Of a DNA stretch of 64,000 bases, positions 25,580 through 36,927 are shown in pieces; the first letter of the stretch is position 1; each line of letters opens with the position of its first letter. The notes under the pieces are model-generated. The model was not told where the DNA came from. It did not search any database and saw only the letters and a list, made by a program, of their open reading frames with translations. The position numbers and the translations under genes were made by a program. Source of the stretch: Eremomyces bilateralis CBS 781.70 (Eukaryota); NCBI GenBank assembly GCA_010015585.1, contig ML975156.1; one strand, given 5' to 3'.

Positions 25580-26349
25580 CTACCGTATGCTGACGCCACA
25601 GTTAAAAGCAGGCCCAACAAGAACGCCCTTGTTTTGTCGCCAAAGTTTAGCCTCTGTATGCCCAAACGCCCATAACTTCACCGCTGGTGCGGTCCAGCAT
25701 GGCTCAGCAGAGAGATCTGTCATAAACGCCGAACGCACACCAGATGCATCTTTTAGATGACGCGGATCATTTGCTTCAGGAGAAGTTGTAGGACTGTAGT
25801 GTGTGAATATGATAATCTCCTTGTGCGGTTCCGACTTGCTAATATGCAGAAACTGCTCATTCAACCAAGCGAGTTCGGAAGCATGTGCGGCCTTATGGTC
25901 CTCCACAGTCCAATCCTCGACCCACTCAAAGTCGCTGACGAATAATTGCACAGATTGCGCTTGCTCGGGAGATATGGCAGAGAATAACGTGCAACCTAGG
26001 ATAGTTACATTATGACTGATGTCGAACCGTCTTTGGTCAAGGAATATGAAGCAGCCCAGTGATGGATCGGATCTGCGGCGGCGGGAAATGCTCTGCGAAA
26101 AAGAGTGGAATGCAGATTTGGCTGTGGTATAGCTAGTGTCATATGCTTCATGGTTTCCAATTACAAAAAAGATAATTTCGAATTGTTTGAGTTGCTGCGA
26201 GAGAAATTCAAAAAGGCCGATGTCGGACGCCAATCCGATGTCCCCTAAGAGAGCTAGATATGGACATGATGGAGGAATGGTAAATTCGAAATATGTAGGA
26301 CGTGTGGAGGGGGTTTCAAGGTGGAGGTCGGAGAGGCGAGGAGCTCCAT
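25580..26349 (-). pseudogene. Calcineurin-like metallophosphoesterase, probably disrupted
   Basis: LSDLHLE, LLGDIG, GNHE, THYSP and AFGHT motifs are present. The nearest ATG (26349) is out of frame with SDLHLE, and the final GHxH reads GHTE followed by an atypical short tail. Confidence 0.6.
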
Positions 26350-26934
26350 TGAGGTATGGGTGTGGGACTTGGGAAATGGAGGGAAAGGTTATGTAACGAA
26401 GATCGAGATAGAAGCGGTAGCCGGTAGGTAATAGGGATTAGGGAGCAAAGCAATCGTCTGGACAGCTGTTTCGTTCAATATCCCACTTTAGTGGATTTTC
26501 TGTGGACTTTATTTGGTTTAAAAGATCGCCGACTGTGACGCCACAGAGTATAGACCAAAGGCACGTGATGCGCGAATCAACTTTGAGATTTTGACAGAAA
26601 CGATTCACTGTTCCACGATAACCACTAAACCACTTGTAAACGTGGAATTTCCTTTCAACAAGTACTCCTCCGAAGGTATATCTACGAAGGATTCATTGTC
26701 GATAATAATCTGCGATGAAAGTCATCTTGAAGCTAAGTTCTTGACGTTCTTCGGTTGACATTCCCGCACACGAGACTTGAAGTTCGCCATTGCAGCGCAG
26801 GTGATTGCGACTTCATCCAGAATTTCGAAAAGGAAGTCGCTCAAGGCACCAGCGCACACCAACCATCAGAACATCGTCACCTGATCATCACAGCGTCTTC
26901 CTTCAGCTCTACGGAATTCCCTGAAATCATCACT

Positions 26935-29419
26935 ATGGCAGATTCTTATCGCCCTCCTCGGAAAGCTCCCACAGGTGCGCGAGACAACAATCCTCATCCT
27001 AAGAAGCGTGGAAAGAAGAAGACCCAGAAACCGCAAGGAAAGCCCAAGAAGGCCAACAACAACATGAGCAACAACGACATCGGCCAACAACAAAGCTTTC
27101 AAGTCCGGGGAGCCGCAGCATCGGATAACTACCGTCCTTCACAGTCCTCCAACTTCCAGAGCAGTTACCGACCAAGCCTTGAAGATCGCGTCACCAATGA
27201 GAGTCGACGACCGCGAACCGATAACTATCGTCCGAATGCCGGTTCTGCACACGACTTTGGGAACCATAATGATGGCTTCCAGTTCACCTTCGAATCGATC
27301 CAACAGCAGACGTTCGCGCCGATGGAACCGTCTGACCCAAATTCCCACAGGCGCCGATATGACGATGGCAGGAGGCACAACCAGTCCCGAGCAGCCCGTC
27401 CGAATTTTGGTGGGCGGCCGAGGTTCTCCGCGGATCGACGCGCGCTGATGACCACGAAGCGCGAGACTACCCCGGAGCGCTTGACGGGAATGGCCGGCGG
27501 CCCTGCGTCGTTCCGCAATGTAGATAATCTGTCCGAGTCCGAGGCGTCGATGGAGTTCGACTCGGATAGCGGAGATGTCGCAGACCTGAAGCAGGACCAG
27601 CCGTCGAAGAAGAGGGTTAAGCTCTCCGAAGAACCCACCAAACCGAAATGGTCCAATCCGGATCCGTACACTTCCCTCCCACCGCCTGACGCGACGGCGC
27701 AGGGGAAACGCAAGGATGTGGTGCATCTGATCCGCAAGGCGAAAATCGCCGTGGAGAATGAGCAGGCCGGTAGAAATGAAGTCTCACAGAATGCGGATTT
27801 CATCTCGCTGAATTTCGACGATGAGGACGAGGGATGGAAGGCTCCGGTATCCCCGCCTCCCCCACCTCCCCCACCTCCTGTTCACGGCCTTCCTCCAAGG
27901 CCGCCGCCTCCAACTGGTCCACGAACCATTCCTTCTGCGGCGTCCCTCAGCATCCAAATTCAACCAACCAAGGATACATTCAAGGACCGCAGGCAAGAGG
28001 CCCGGCAGAACTTCCGAGACTTCGAAGATGAGGATGAAGAAGAGGAATATGAGCCTCCTTTACCTTCAAATTGGCCAGGGCAGAATGATGTCCCTACCAA
28101 ACCTGCCTTCCCCGGTCGAGAAATCAAGGCCGCAACTGGTGCCAAGCGAGGAAAGCAGAAAGCACAGGTCCCTGATGTAACGCCACTCCATACTGGTAAG
28201 AAGCGAAAGCATACGCATGTGGCGGCTGTGCTACCCGAGTGGTGGATCCCTCGTGGATCGGCTGGAACTCCTTGGTGCACCAGGGCCACTGATCACTCCA
28301 ATATCGACCGCATGGTGGAGTGGCTCCATCTTGAGATGGTCGATTTCTACGACCATGTCAAGCCATGCGTATTCGAGCAGTCTCTTCGGGAAGACCTCGT
28401 AAACCGTCTTCGTAAGCACGTCCAGAAGAATAGTGGTTTGCCTTGTGATGTCAAATGCTTCGGATCGTTCGCGCAAGGAACTTACCTTCCCACTGGCGAC
28501 ATGGACATCGTTGTGGTGTCCAAGACATTCGAACAGACAGGCAACCGCGCCTTCGTGATGAACAACTACAAAAAGATGTACCAATTCTTTCGGACGCTGA
28601 CGCGAGCTGGATTGGCTTCTCATACTGAAAATCAGATCATCGCGAAGGCTCGGGTGCCGATTATCAAGTACGTGGACCCGTACACAAGGCTCAATGTTGA
28701 CATTTCTTTCGAGAATCTCAGCGGCGTCGTAGCGATCCGAACGTATCAGGATTGGGCCACCGAGTTCCCGATCTTAAATGTCTTTGTTGCCATCATCAAG
28801 CAATTCCTGAAGATGCGAGGATTGAACGAGGTCGTCAATGGTGGCATCGGGGGCTTTAGCATCTCCTGCCTAGTCTACAGCTGGCTCAAGTTGCACCCGA
28901 AGATCCTCTCGAAGGAAATCATCCCCGAGCAGTGTCTTGGTGAGCTCCTGATGGACTTCTTTGATTTCTACGGCCGCGATTTCGACGTAACTAGCACTGC
29001 TATCCAGATGCGGCCTCCTATGTACATCTCAAAGGTAAGTTACCTTCTGCTCCCATCGTTTTCCTTTCACCAATCGCCTGCACCTGCCATCGCTCCCCGC
29101 AGTCCGTATTGACACCCTCCAGAACAACCTCATCCTCGGCGGTAACGCCAAAATCAAACCCGAGCGCCTCACCATCATCGATCCCAACAACCCGACTAAC
29201 GACATCTCGGGCGGCTCCAGTCGTATCTCGACGATCTTCGCCGCCTTCCGCGCCGCTCATGGAGCCCTTGAGGATCGCATGGACGAGCTGCGGAGCATGC
29301 CCATGAGCGAGCGGAAGGGCCAGAGCATCCTTGGCGTGGTCCTCGCCGGGAATTATATCACGTTCGAAACCCAGAGAGATCATTTGGAGGATACGTGGGA
29401 CAGAAGGGGGAGGCGTTAG
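26935..29419 (+). CDS. TRF4: Non-canonical poly(A) polymerase, Trf4/Trf5/Cid14 type (intron 29035-29122)
   Basis: Nucleotidyltransferase motif FGSFAQGTYLPTGDMDIV; ARVPIIKYVD..NVDISFEN; LNEVVNGGIGGFS; PAP-associated IIDPNNPTNDISGGS in exon 2. Confidence 0.88.
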
Positions 29420-30945
29420 GGCGGATAGTTTCCCCCTGGAAATTTTCTAGGCGGTGGACTTCTGTGACCACCAGTGGATGTGCTAATATCACTGTATGTG
29501 CTTCGGCAACGGTGAAGACCTGTGTCCTTGACGCGGTCTGCGAGTCACTTTGGATGTACCGGCGCCTCCTGGGCACCTTTCGACTGCGGTTTCGATGTTT
29601 CGCATGACAGTCATTAGATGGGAGAACCTCACGGATGCACGAATTATCGGATAAATGGTTACGGGTGGGCGGGGTGTTGAACGCTAAAGAAGGCGTTGCT
29701 ATATGGGCCATCACGGGGCGGACGACATACGGAGTATTGCTATACCAACAGCTGGATGACGGGCTGAATTACGCGGTTCCAACTTCCTCCGAGTTTCTTC
29801 CCTGGAGTGCCCTCCTGATTGCTTTTCTAAAATTCCAAGTTCTCAGTCAACCTCCCCCGTGCTACTTGATCTTCCTTTCTGTTTCGAACTTTCGCCTGGT
29901 TCGACTCTGAGTCTTCTTCACTTCAGCTTCTTTCGCTCTCTGGAGGGTCTTAGGTTGTTGTGATTAAGTCTTCTGTGGGTGAGAAGTCAATTGGAATGAT
30001 GATGACCATTCGCCAGAGCATGCTTACTCTCGCAGCGTCGCACTAGCGCTCCGTTTGCATCCCAGGTACGTCGAGCCGCTTCTATCTCCTGTCCTCCATT
30101 CTCTTCGTAGATCTGGAACTTTCAGCTAACCTTGCTTAGATCCTCATCCCCTCAACCTACCAGCTCCACAGTTTCACCTGCAAACTCCCATATCCATTGA
30201 TTCTCCCAATAACGGACCATCCGCGCCTTGACCTGCCCGACTACGTTAACACTAACCACCTCCCAGCAAAGAAAATCTCAGCTCGCTCGAGCACCGTGTC
30301 TCCTCCATCTCACGCCTCGCTGTCTCGCCTGCCATGGGACCGGTGTTTCTCACGTAAAACGACCCGGGTAGCTGTGGTGGAGAGAAGTGAGGTGGGTAGG
30401 AGACACCCTTTTTCTCAGCCCAGTCGCGCTTTATGCATGGCTGGGGGGAGGGAATTTGTGTCGACATCGGTTGAGCAACATGCTGGTCACTGAGCAAATT
30501 TTTCATACAGTGTATCCTGTACAGCCATTAGCAAAATTGGCTTCTTCCCTTGGGGACTCTAGAAGTTCTCAGTGCACCGCCTCTATTACGCTGTGGCGTT
30601 TGCTTTAACTATCTGTAAATGGATTACGGGATTAGCGCATAATATTTCGTATACTTTGGTTGCATTCTAATTATTATTTAGTCTGATTCGAACTCTTGCA
30701 CCGCCATTGCCTGTCTCGCCAATTCTTGCCTTGGGGTCATGGCGTGGTGCAGACCCATTCAATTGCTGGCAGCCCGTTTGCTATCTTCGGAAGGTGGCTC
30801 CGATTGTGAGCAGCTATCGAAGACGACGGTCAGATAATTAGAGAGAGGGCGATTCAATCAATAATGCAAAGCTTTCATGCATTCTTGATACTTGCGTTGA
30901 ACAGTATTGTGGGACACTGGGACGCGGTTAGCCACGCCGATCACT

Positions 30946-31003
30946 TAGTTAAGTTAATAATAGTTAACTAAGTTAAGTTAGTTAACTAACTTAGTAGTTA
31001 GTA
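30946..31003. repeat. TA-punctuated low-complexity array (15 TA dinucleotides in 58 bp)
   Basis: The sequence parses exactly as TA separated by 1-3 nt spacers (GT, AGT, A, AC, ACT, G). A similar array lies at 15262-15300. Confidence 0.75.
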
Positions 31004-31690
31004 GAGTGAGTACATAGTCCGGACCCCCGTAGTGGGTCCATATAAACTTGAGTCAACTTTGGCTAAAACAATACGGATACCTCTTTCCATAGTTAGGGAG
31101 TATTCCATAGAGATCGGATTATATGCCTTAGCCTTTCTTCTCGCCTGTGAGGGATGCGCTGATTCGCCATAGCTGTACGGAATAGGCTGTAGCCTTGGCC
31201 CTTGGGCAACAAGGCTAAAACAGACGACGTGTGGGAGACCTGGTCAGGTGCATTGCTGGCTCGGAGCATCTGCGTGGTCCCTTGCCAGAGCTGGACATTC
31301 AGATCGAACAGTGCAGCGAGGCTGCGCTTTGCGCCGCGCCGTAAAGCTCGATGGTGCTGCAGAAAGCGACGATGTCGAAACACCGTTCCGTCGCACAAGC
31401 CTTGCTCCTCAACAACTTCCACACTACTCCGCAATACTCAGTACAGATTATCATATCACCATCTGCCTCACATCTCCTTCCCTTCTCGAAGTCTTAGATT
31501 GCCAGGAGCTGCCTTCAGCGAACCGCGAATTTCCACTTTACCGATGCTGAGCGCTTAGCATCGCTTTTGATAAGTCCGAGACTATCAGGCTTCAGCGATA
31601 GCGACCCGCAACCGATCAGATATCACGAAAATCGATTGTCCGCGGGAGTCAGATCTCTCCTACCAGGGTTTTGAGTTCGGCCGTGCCTTA

Positions 31691-34600
31691 ATGGTCAGCC
31701 AGTATTCTCCAACGATGCCAAAGAGGGAATCAGAAACTCAAACCCATCAAGTTGCAGAAAAGAGAAGAAAGATAGTTGATGATAACGATGGGACCCAACT
31801 GGCCACTACTCCTCCACAGCAACACGCAACCTCGCCACTGACGACGACAATCGAGCTCATACGTCTCGATCGAATCAGAGATGCTTTGAACAATAAAAGA
31901 CTTGTTATTATGGTTGGGGCCGGAGTAACACTGAATGCCACGGCGACTAGGTCAGGCGACATGCTTGGTGAATTGTCGTGGAAAGGCTTGATACAAAATG
32001 GACTCAACTATCTCGTTGCAGATGGTCATGTTGAAGAGGACCATCGCAGTTTAAGGTTTGCACGCGACATACTTCAAGACTCTAAGTCTCAGCCCAAGGA
32101 ACTGCTACAAGCTGCTGGAATACTGAAAGATTTTTTGGAAGACGCCGGTCATCTGCCTACCTGGTTGCATGATACATTTAGCGGGCTCTCTGAACAAGTC
32201 AGGCATGCTGACATCTTGAATGTTCTGAAGTCATTCCACGATAAAGGAGCTCAATTGCTCACAACAAACTACGATGATCTTCTTGAGGAAGGCCATTGTA
32301 ATCTGCCCCGTATTAGGCGGACAAACCATGAGGAACTTCTGAAGTTCCAGAACAGAGATATACGTGGTGTTGTCCATGTCCATGGCAGCTTCCATGACCC
32401 TACCGACGTTATCCTAGACACGACTGACTACTACAAGATCAAAACGTCAGATGACGTTCAGAAGCTGCTGAAGACGCTTTGGAATACTTGCACCATCCTG
32501 TTCGTTGGCTGCGGATCTGGATTGGAAGACCCAAATTTCAGTGCTCTGTTGAAATGGGCGTGTGAACATCAGAACAATATCCTAAATCGACATTGTCTAT
32601 TAGTTCGGACCGGAGATCCTCTCAATGTTAAGCCTCTTGTGCGATTACAATTTGGCACAAGCTATACAGATCTTGTTCCTTACTTACAGCGGCTGCTGGA
32701 AGACCCCGAGCAATCAGCAGCAGGAGGATCGACCAGGCCGAACCGTAAGTAGCGTCGGATGTGTCCTAGTGTCGAATACGTCTATCTATACCAGTAAATA
32801 GAACAGGTATATGTTATCGTGCTATGAGGCGCTAATCTAAAACAGTATATCCCTCTCCCTTCCAAGGTCAAGAAGCCGATAAAGCTGAAAGACCCCAAAA
32901 GGAAGTGGACGGTTAGTGCCAACCTCTATCCAGATGTCCATCCGAACTTTGATGGTTAACGCGTCACAGCCTGTCTCCGCTCCCTATGCTTTAGCAACAT
33001 CCACGCTCGGCGGCAAGACATAGCCGCCGCCCATCCAAATACATGTGACTGGATTTTTACTACCACCGAATATAAGAAGTGGCGGGACCGTACTGACCTA
33101 CAAAATCATAACGGAGTGCTTTGGATCAAGGGCAAGCCGGGAGCGGGGAAGTCGACGTTGATGAAGCATACTTTAGGCCATCTCGAAAAGACTTCCGTCG
33201 ACCACTTGATTGTAGCGTATTTCTTCAACGCTCGAGGCGCCATTCTCGAGAAGACTCCTCTCGGCATGCTTCGATCGATTGTCTACCAGCTCGTTGATAA
33301 AGAAGCTCTGCTATACGAGCATTTCGCCTCTATCTTTCGCGAGAAGCAGAGAATACACACAGGAGATTGGGTGTGGCGACAGTCAGAACTGAAGGAGTTT
33401 ATACTCTCGGAAATCAGGCTGTGGAAATCTAAGCCTCTCGTGCTTCTCGTTGACGCGCTGGACGAGTGCAACGAGGCAGATGTGCGAGACGTAGTTGGTT
33501 TTCTGGAGTTGCTAAGCATCCATGCTGTTGGATTTGGCGCTCCTCTGAGGATTTGTCTCTCGAGTCGTCACTATCCCAGTGTTAGAATGAAGAGGAGTCT
33601 TGAGTTGACGGTGGAAAAGAGTGAAGATCACCAAGAAGATATAGCGAGATATATCAAGGAAAGATTGACGAAAGAGGACGACGACGACGATATAGAGGAT
33701 TTAGAAGATATCGAGGACGAGATCCGGAGAAGAGCGAACGGAATTTTCATGTGGGTTGTTATTGTAGTCTCTCTACTTAACAAAGCCTACGATGAGGGCC
33801 GCATTGAAGCCATGCGTAAGACGCTAGAGGAGGTACCGAGCGACCTCGAGGAGGTGTTCGGCAACCTCTTAAGAAAAGACAGTGAAGATAAGGCCGAGAC
33901 AACACTCATGCTTCAATGGGTGCTGCTCTGTCAGAGGCTGCTGAAGCCTGAAGAGCTCTTCCTCGCCGTGATGACCGAAATAGCTCCGAAGACGATAGAC
34001 AAATGGAACCGATCCAAGTTCGCCAGAGAAATTTTCCAGCGACGTATCACTTCGTCGTCTAGGGGCCTGATCGAAGTTCGAAAAGGATATGAAGCATCGG
34101 TGCAATTCATTCATCTATCGGTCAACGACTTCCTTCTTCGAAACCAGAGGCTGCAGAAACTAGACCAGACGCTGGGACCGGAACCTATCAGCGCCAGCCA
34201 TGGCCGATTGTGGGCGTGCTGCTGGTCATATATTGAGCGAGTGGACACTACAGGCACAGGCATGAAGAAAATGAAGGAGCTGAACGACAACCATCCTTTC
34301 CTGGGGTATGCGGCGAGGCATATACTTTACCATGCCGACATGGCTCTATCAGAAGGTGTCATCGCAGAGACCATTGTACAGTGGCTTCAAAAGTATAAGG
34401 AGTGGTTTAAGTGGTGGAAAAAATTTCTTAGTGCGACTGGCGGTGAGAGTGAGTATCCATATTCGGGCGATCATATGGGTGCGGAATTAGTCTACACGTT
34501 ATCACTTCGTGGTTATCAACATCTACTCCGATATGTCCTGGCCGAGGGCGCCAACATCAACGCGCAATGCGGGCGCTACGGCAACGCGCTCCAAGCAGCA

Positions 34601-35689
34601 GCAGTAGGGCTTGGAGGCAACAAGGAGGTGGTCGAACTGCTGCTGGCCCAGGGCGCCGATATCAACGCGCAAGGCGGGGTGCACGGCAACGCGCTCCAAG
34701 CAGCAGCAGCAGCAGGGTTTGGAGGCAACAAGGAGGTAGTCGAACTGCTACTGGCCCAGGGCGCCGATATCAATGCGCAAGGCGGGAGGTACGGCAACGC
34801 GCTCCAAGCGGCAGGGTATAGAGGCAACAAGGAGGTGGTCGAACTGCTACTGGCCCAGGGCGCCGATATCAATGTGCAAGGCGGGGAGTACGGCAACGCG
34901 CTTCAAGCAGCAGCGTATAGAGGCAACAAGAAGGTGGTCGAACTGCTACTGGCCCAGGGCGCCGATGTCAACGCGCAAGGCGGGCACTACGGCACCGCGC
35001 TCCAAGCAGCAGTAGTAAGGTTGGGAGGCAACAAGGAGGTGGTCGAACTGCTGCTGGCCCAGGGCGCCGATATCAACGCGCAAGGCGGGAAGTGCGGCAA
35101 CGCGCTCCAAGCAGCAGCGTTTGGAGGCAACAAGGAGGTGGTCGAATTGCTACTGGCCCAGGGCGCCGATATCAACGCGCAAGGCGGGCACTACGGCAAC
35201 GTGCTCCAAGCAGCAGCGTATGGAGGCAACAAGGAGGTGGTCGAACTGCTACTGGCCCAGGGCGCCGATATCAATGCGCAAGGCGGGGAGTACGACAACG
35301 TGCTCCAAGCAGCAGCGTATGGAGACAACAAGGAGGTGGTCGAACTGCTACTGGCCCAGGGCGCCGATATCAACGCGCAAGGCGGGCACTACGGCAACGC
35401 GCTTCAAGCAGCAGCAGTAAGGTTTGGAGGCAACAAGGAGGTGGTCGAACTGCTACTGGCCCAGGGCGCCGATATCAATGCGCAAGGCGGGCGCTACGGC
35501 AGCGCGCTTCAAGCAGCAGCGTTTGGAGACAACAAGGAGGTGGTCGAACTGCTACTGGCCCAGGGCGCCGATATCAACGCGCAAGGCGGGCACTACGGCA
35601 CCGCGCTCCAAGCAGCAGCAGCAGCAGCAGCAACGTATGGAGGCACCAAGGAGCTGGTCGAGCTGCTGCTGGCCCAGGGTGCTAAATGA
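31691..35689 (+). CDS. NLR-like protein: SIR2-like domain + NACHT + ankyrin repeats (exons 31691-32744, 32846-32911, 32970-35689; about 1279 aa, or 1271 aa from ATG 31715)
   Basis: SIR2_2-type motifs VGAGVT, TTNYDDLLE, HVHGS and LFVGCGSGLEDPNF. Introns GTAAGT..GCTAAT..CAG and GTTAGT..GTTAAC..CAG are both phase 1 and restore one frame. Pre-NACHT CLRSL.F...AHPNTCDWIF; Walker A GKPGAGKST; Walker B LVLLVDALDEC; 11 ankyrin repeats. Confidence 0.88.
34547..35686 (+). repeat. 11 highly conserved tandem ankyrin-coding repeats (99-114 bp units)
   Basis: Unit GADINAQGGxxGNALQAAxxxGNKEVVELLLAQ, nearly identical at DNA level; unit lengths 35, 36, 33, 33, 35, 33, 33, 33, 35, 33, 38 aa. Confidence 0.95.
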
Positions 35690-36927
35690 AAAAGTTGGCC
35701 GATGCTCTTTAACAGTGTATAGAGACTTTTCATGATATTTATTTCTAGGTCTCTATTTCATAGAGAGTTCAAGGGGAAAGAGTGTATTTAAGGTGAGAAA
35801 AGTGGATCTAGGTCAGTATATCTCACACCTTCTCGAAGCTTCCCATAATTTGGGGCATGCAATTTGAGTGATCATTGTGATGGTCTCAGGCCCGTGGAAT
35901 GTTCCCCATTGTTTCTATTTGGACATGGTTTAGAGGAGGATAACCTGACTCGCAGACTTGGAAATACTACTATCCAATGTGCCTAGCGCGACTTCCTTTT
36001 CTTTTCCACTTTAGCATGACAATAAAGAAAGCTGTTCACAGCACACGTTACATCTAAACCGTCTCGGAGTCGCATGGTTTCAAATTTGCGAGGCAATGAG
36101 GCGTTGAGGAGAGGAAACCGAGAGTATTCGACGTTTTAGTTGACAATAGCAGGGATATAACTCGCAAAGTTAGAGGTATCAGTAAGTCTAGGAGAATTTC
36201 TGAATAAGGAGAAATGTTCAACGTGAAGCGGCATAGAAGGTAAGAATTAGCGAGGCAGGTAATGGGGCGCAAGGGCTGGAATCAGGGTCATGTGAAGGTG
36301 AGGGTTTGAAACGGTGTCTATAACGAAGGGCCACTTGTATCGCAATTTACGCTAACCCAACTGCAGCAGACGCAAACACCAAGGCGTAAAGGAGGCGGTG
36401 CAATGAGAATGTCTGGAGTTCGCAGGAGGAAGCAAATTTCGTTAATTAGTGACTGTAGAGTAGTTCCAGCGCCTCCTTTTCGACATCTTGACCCACGGAA
36501 TCGGCCACGAGGGAAGGAATTGGTGTGTGTAACAGGTGTGTATGGGTGGAACAAAGAGAGTCCAATGTTGAAACTCATACTGCCAGGGGTATAATCATCC
36601 TACGAACCATTTTATTGGTTGATTTATTCCAGACTGACCAGGGTGGCATAATGGCCTTGTTCCTAACACTGAATCGACTGATACTCAGAATTCACTAGAT
36701 GTGCACACAGATTGACAAAACAACGTCTGGAACACATTGGACTAGTCCACTGTATAATATCTTTGCGTGTTGGACGGAAATACCAGGCTCCGCACGCCCG
36801 ATTTCGCGTTTCCTTTTCCGTCATTAGTCAAAAATCAAAGTAAAGACGATTATTCAGATCATCAAGACTGCAGACAATCATCTTACCAAAAACAACATCC
36901 AAGGGGTCTCAGACAACAAGTAGCAAG

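Noticed and set aside
31029..31055. TAGTGGGTCCATATAAACTTGAGTCA as a possible Tc1-like terminal repeat mobilising the NLR; its first bases are complementary to GACCCACTG at positions 1-9
   Set aside because: No matching inverted copy was found downstream of the NLR, and the match at the window start is too short and wrongly placed.
34547..35686. Regular repeat-variable-repeat pattern suggestive of a CRISPR array
   Set aside because: The units are in-frame ankyrin-coding repeats in a eukaryotic gene; there are no unique spacers and no cas genes.
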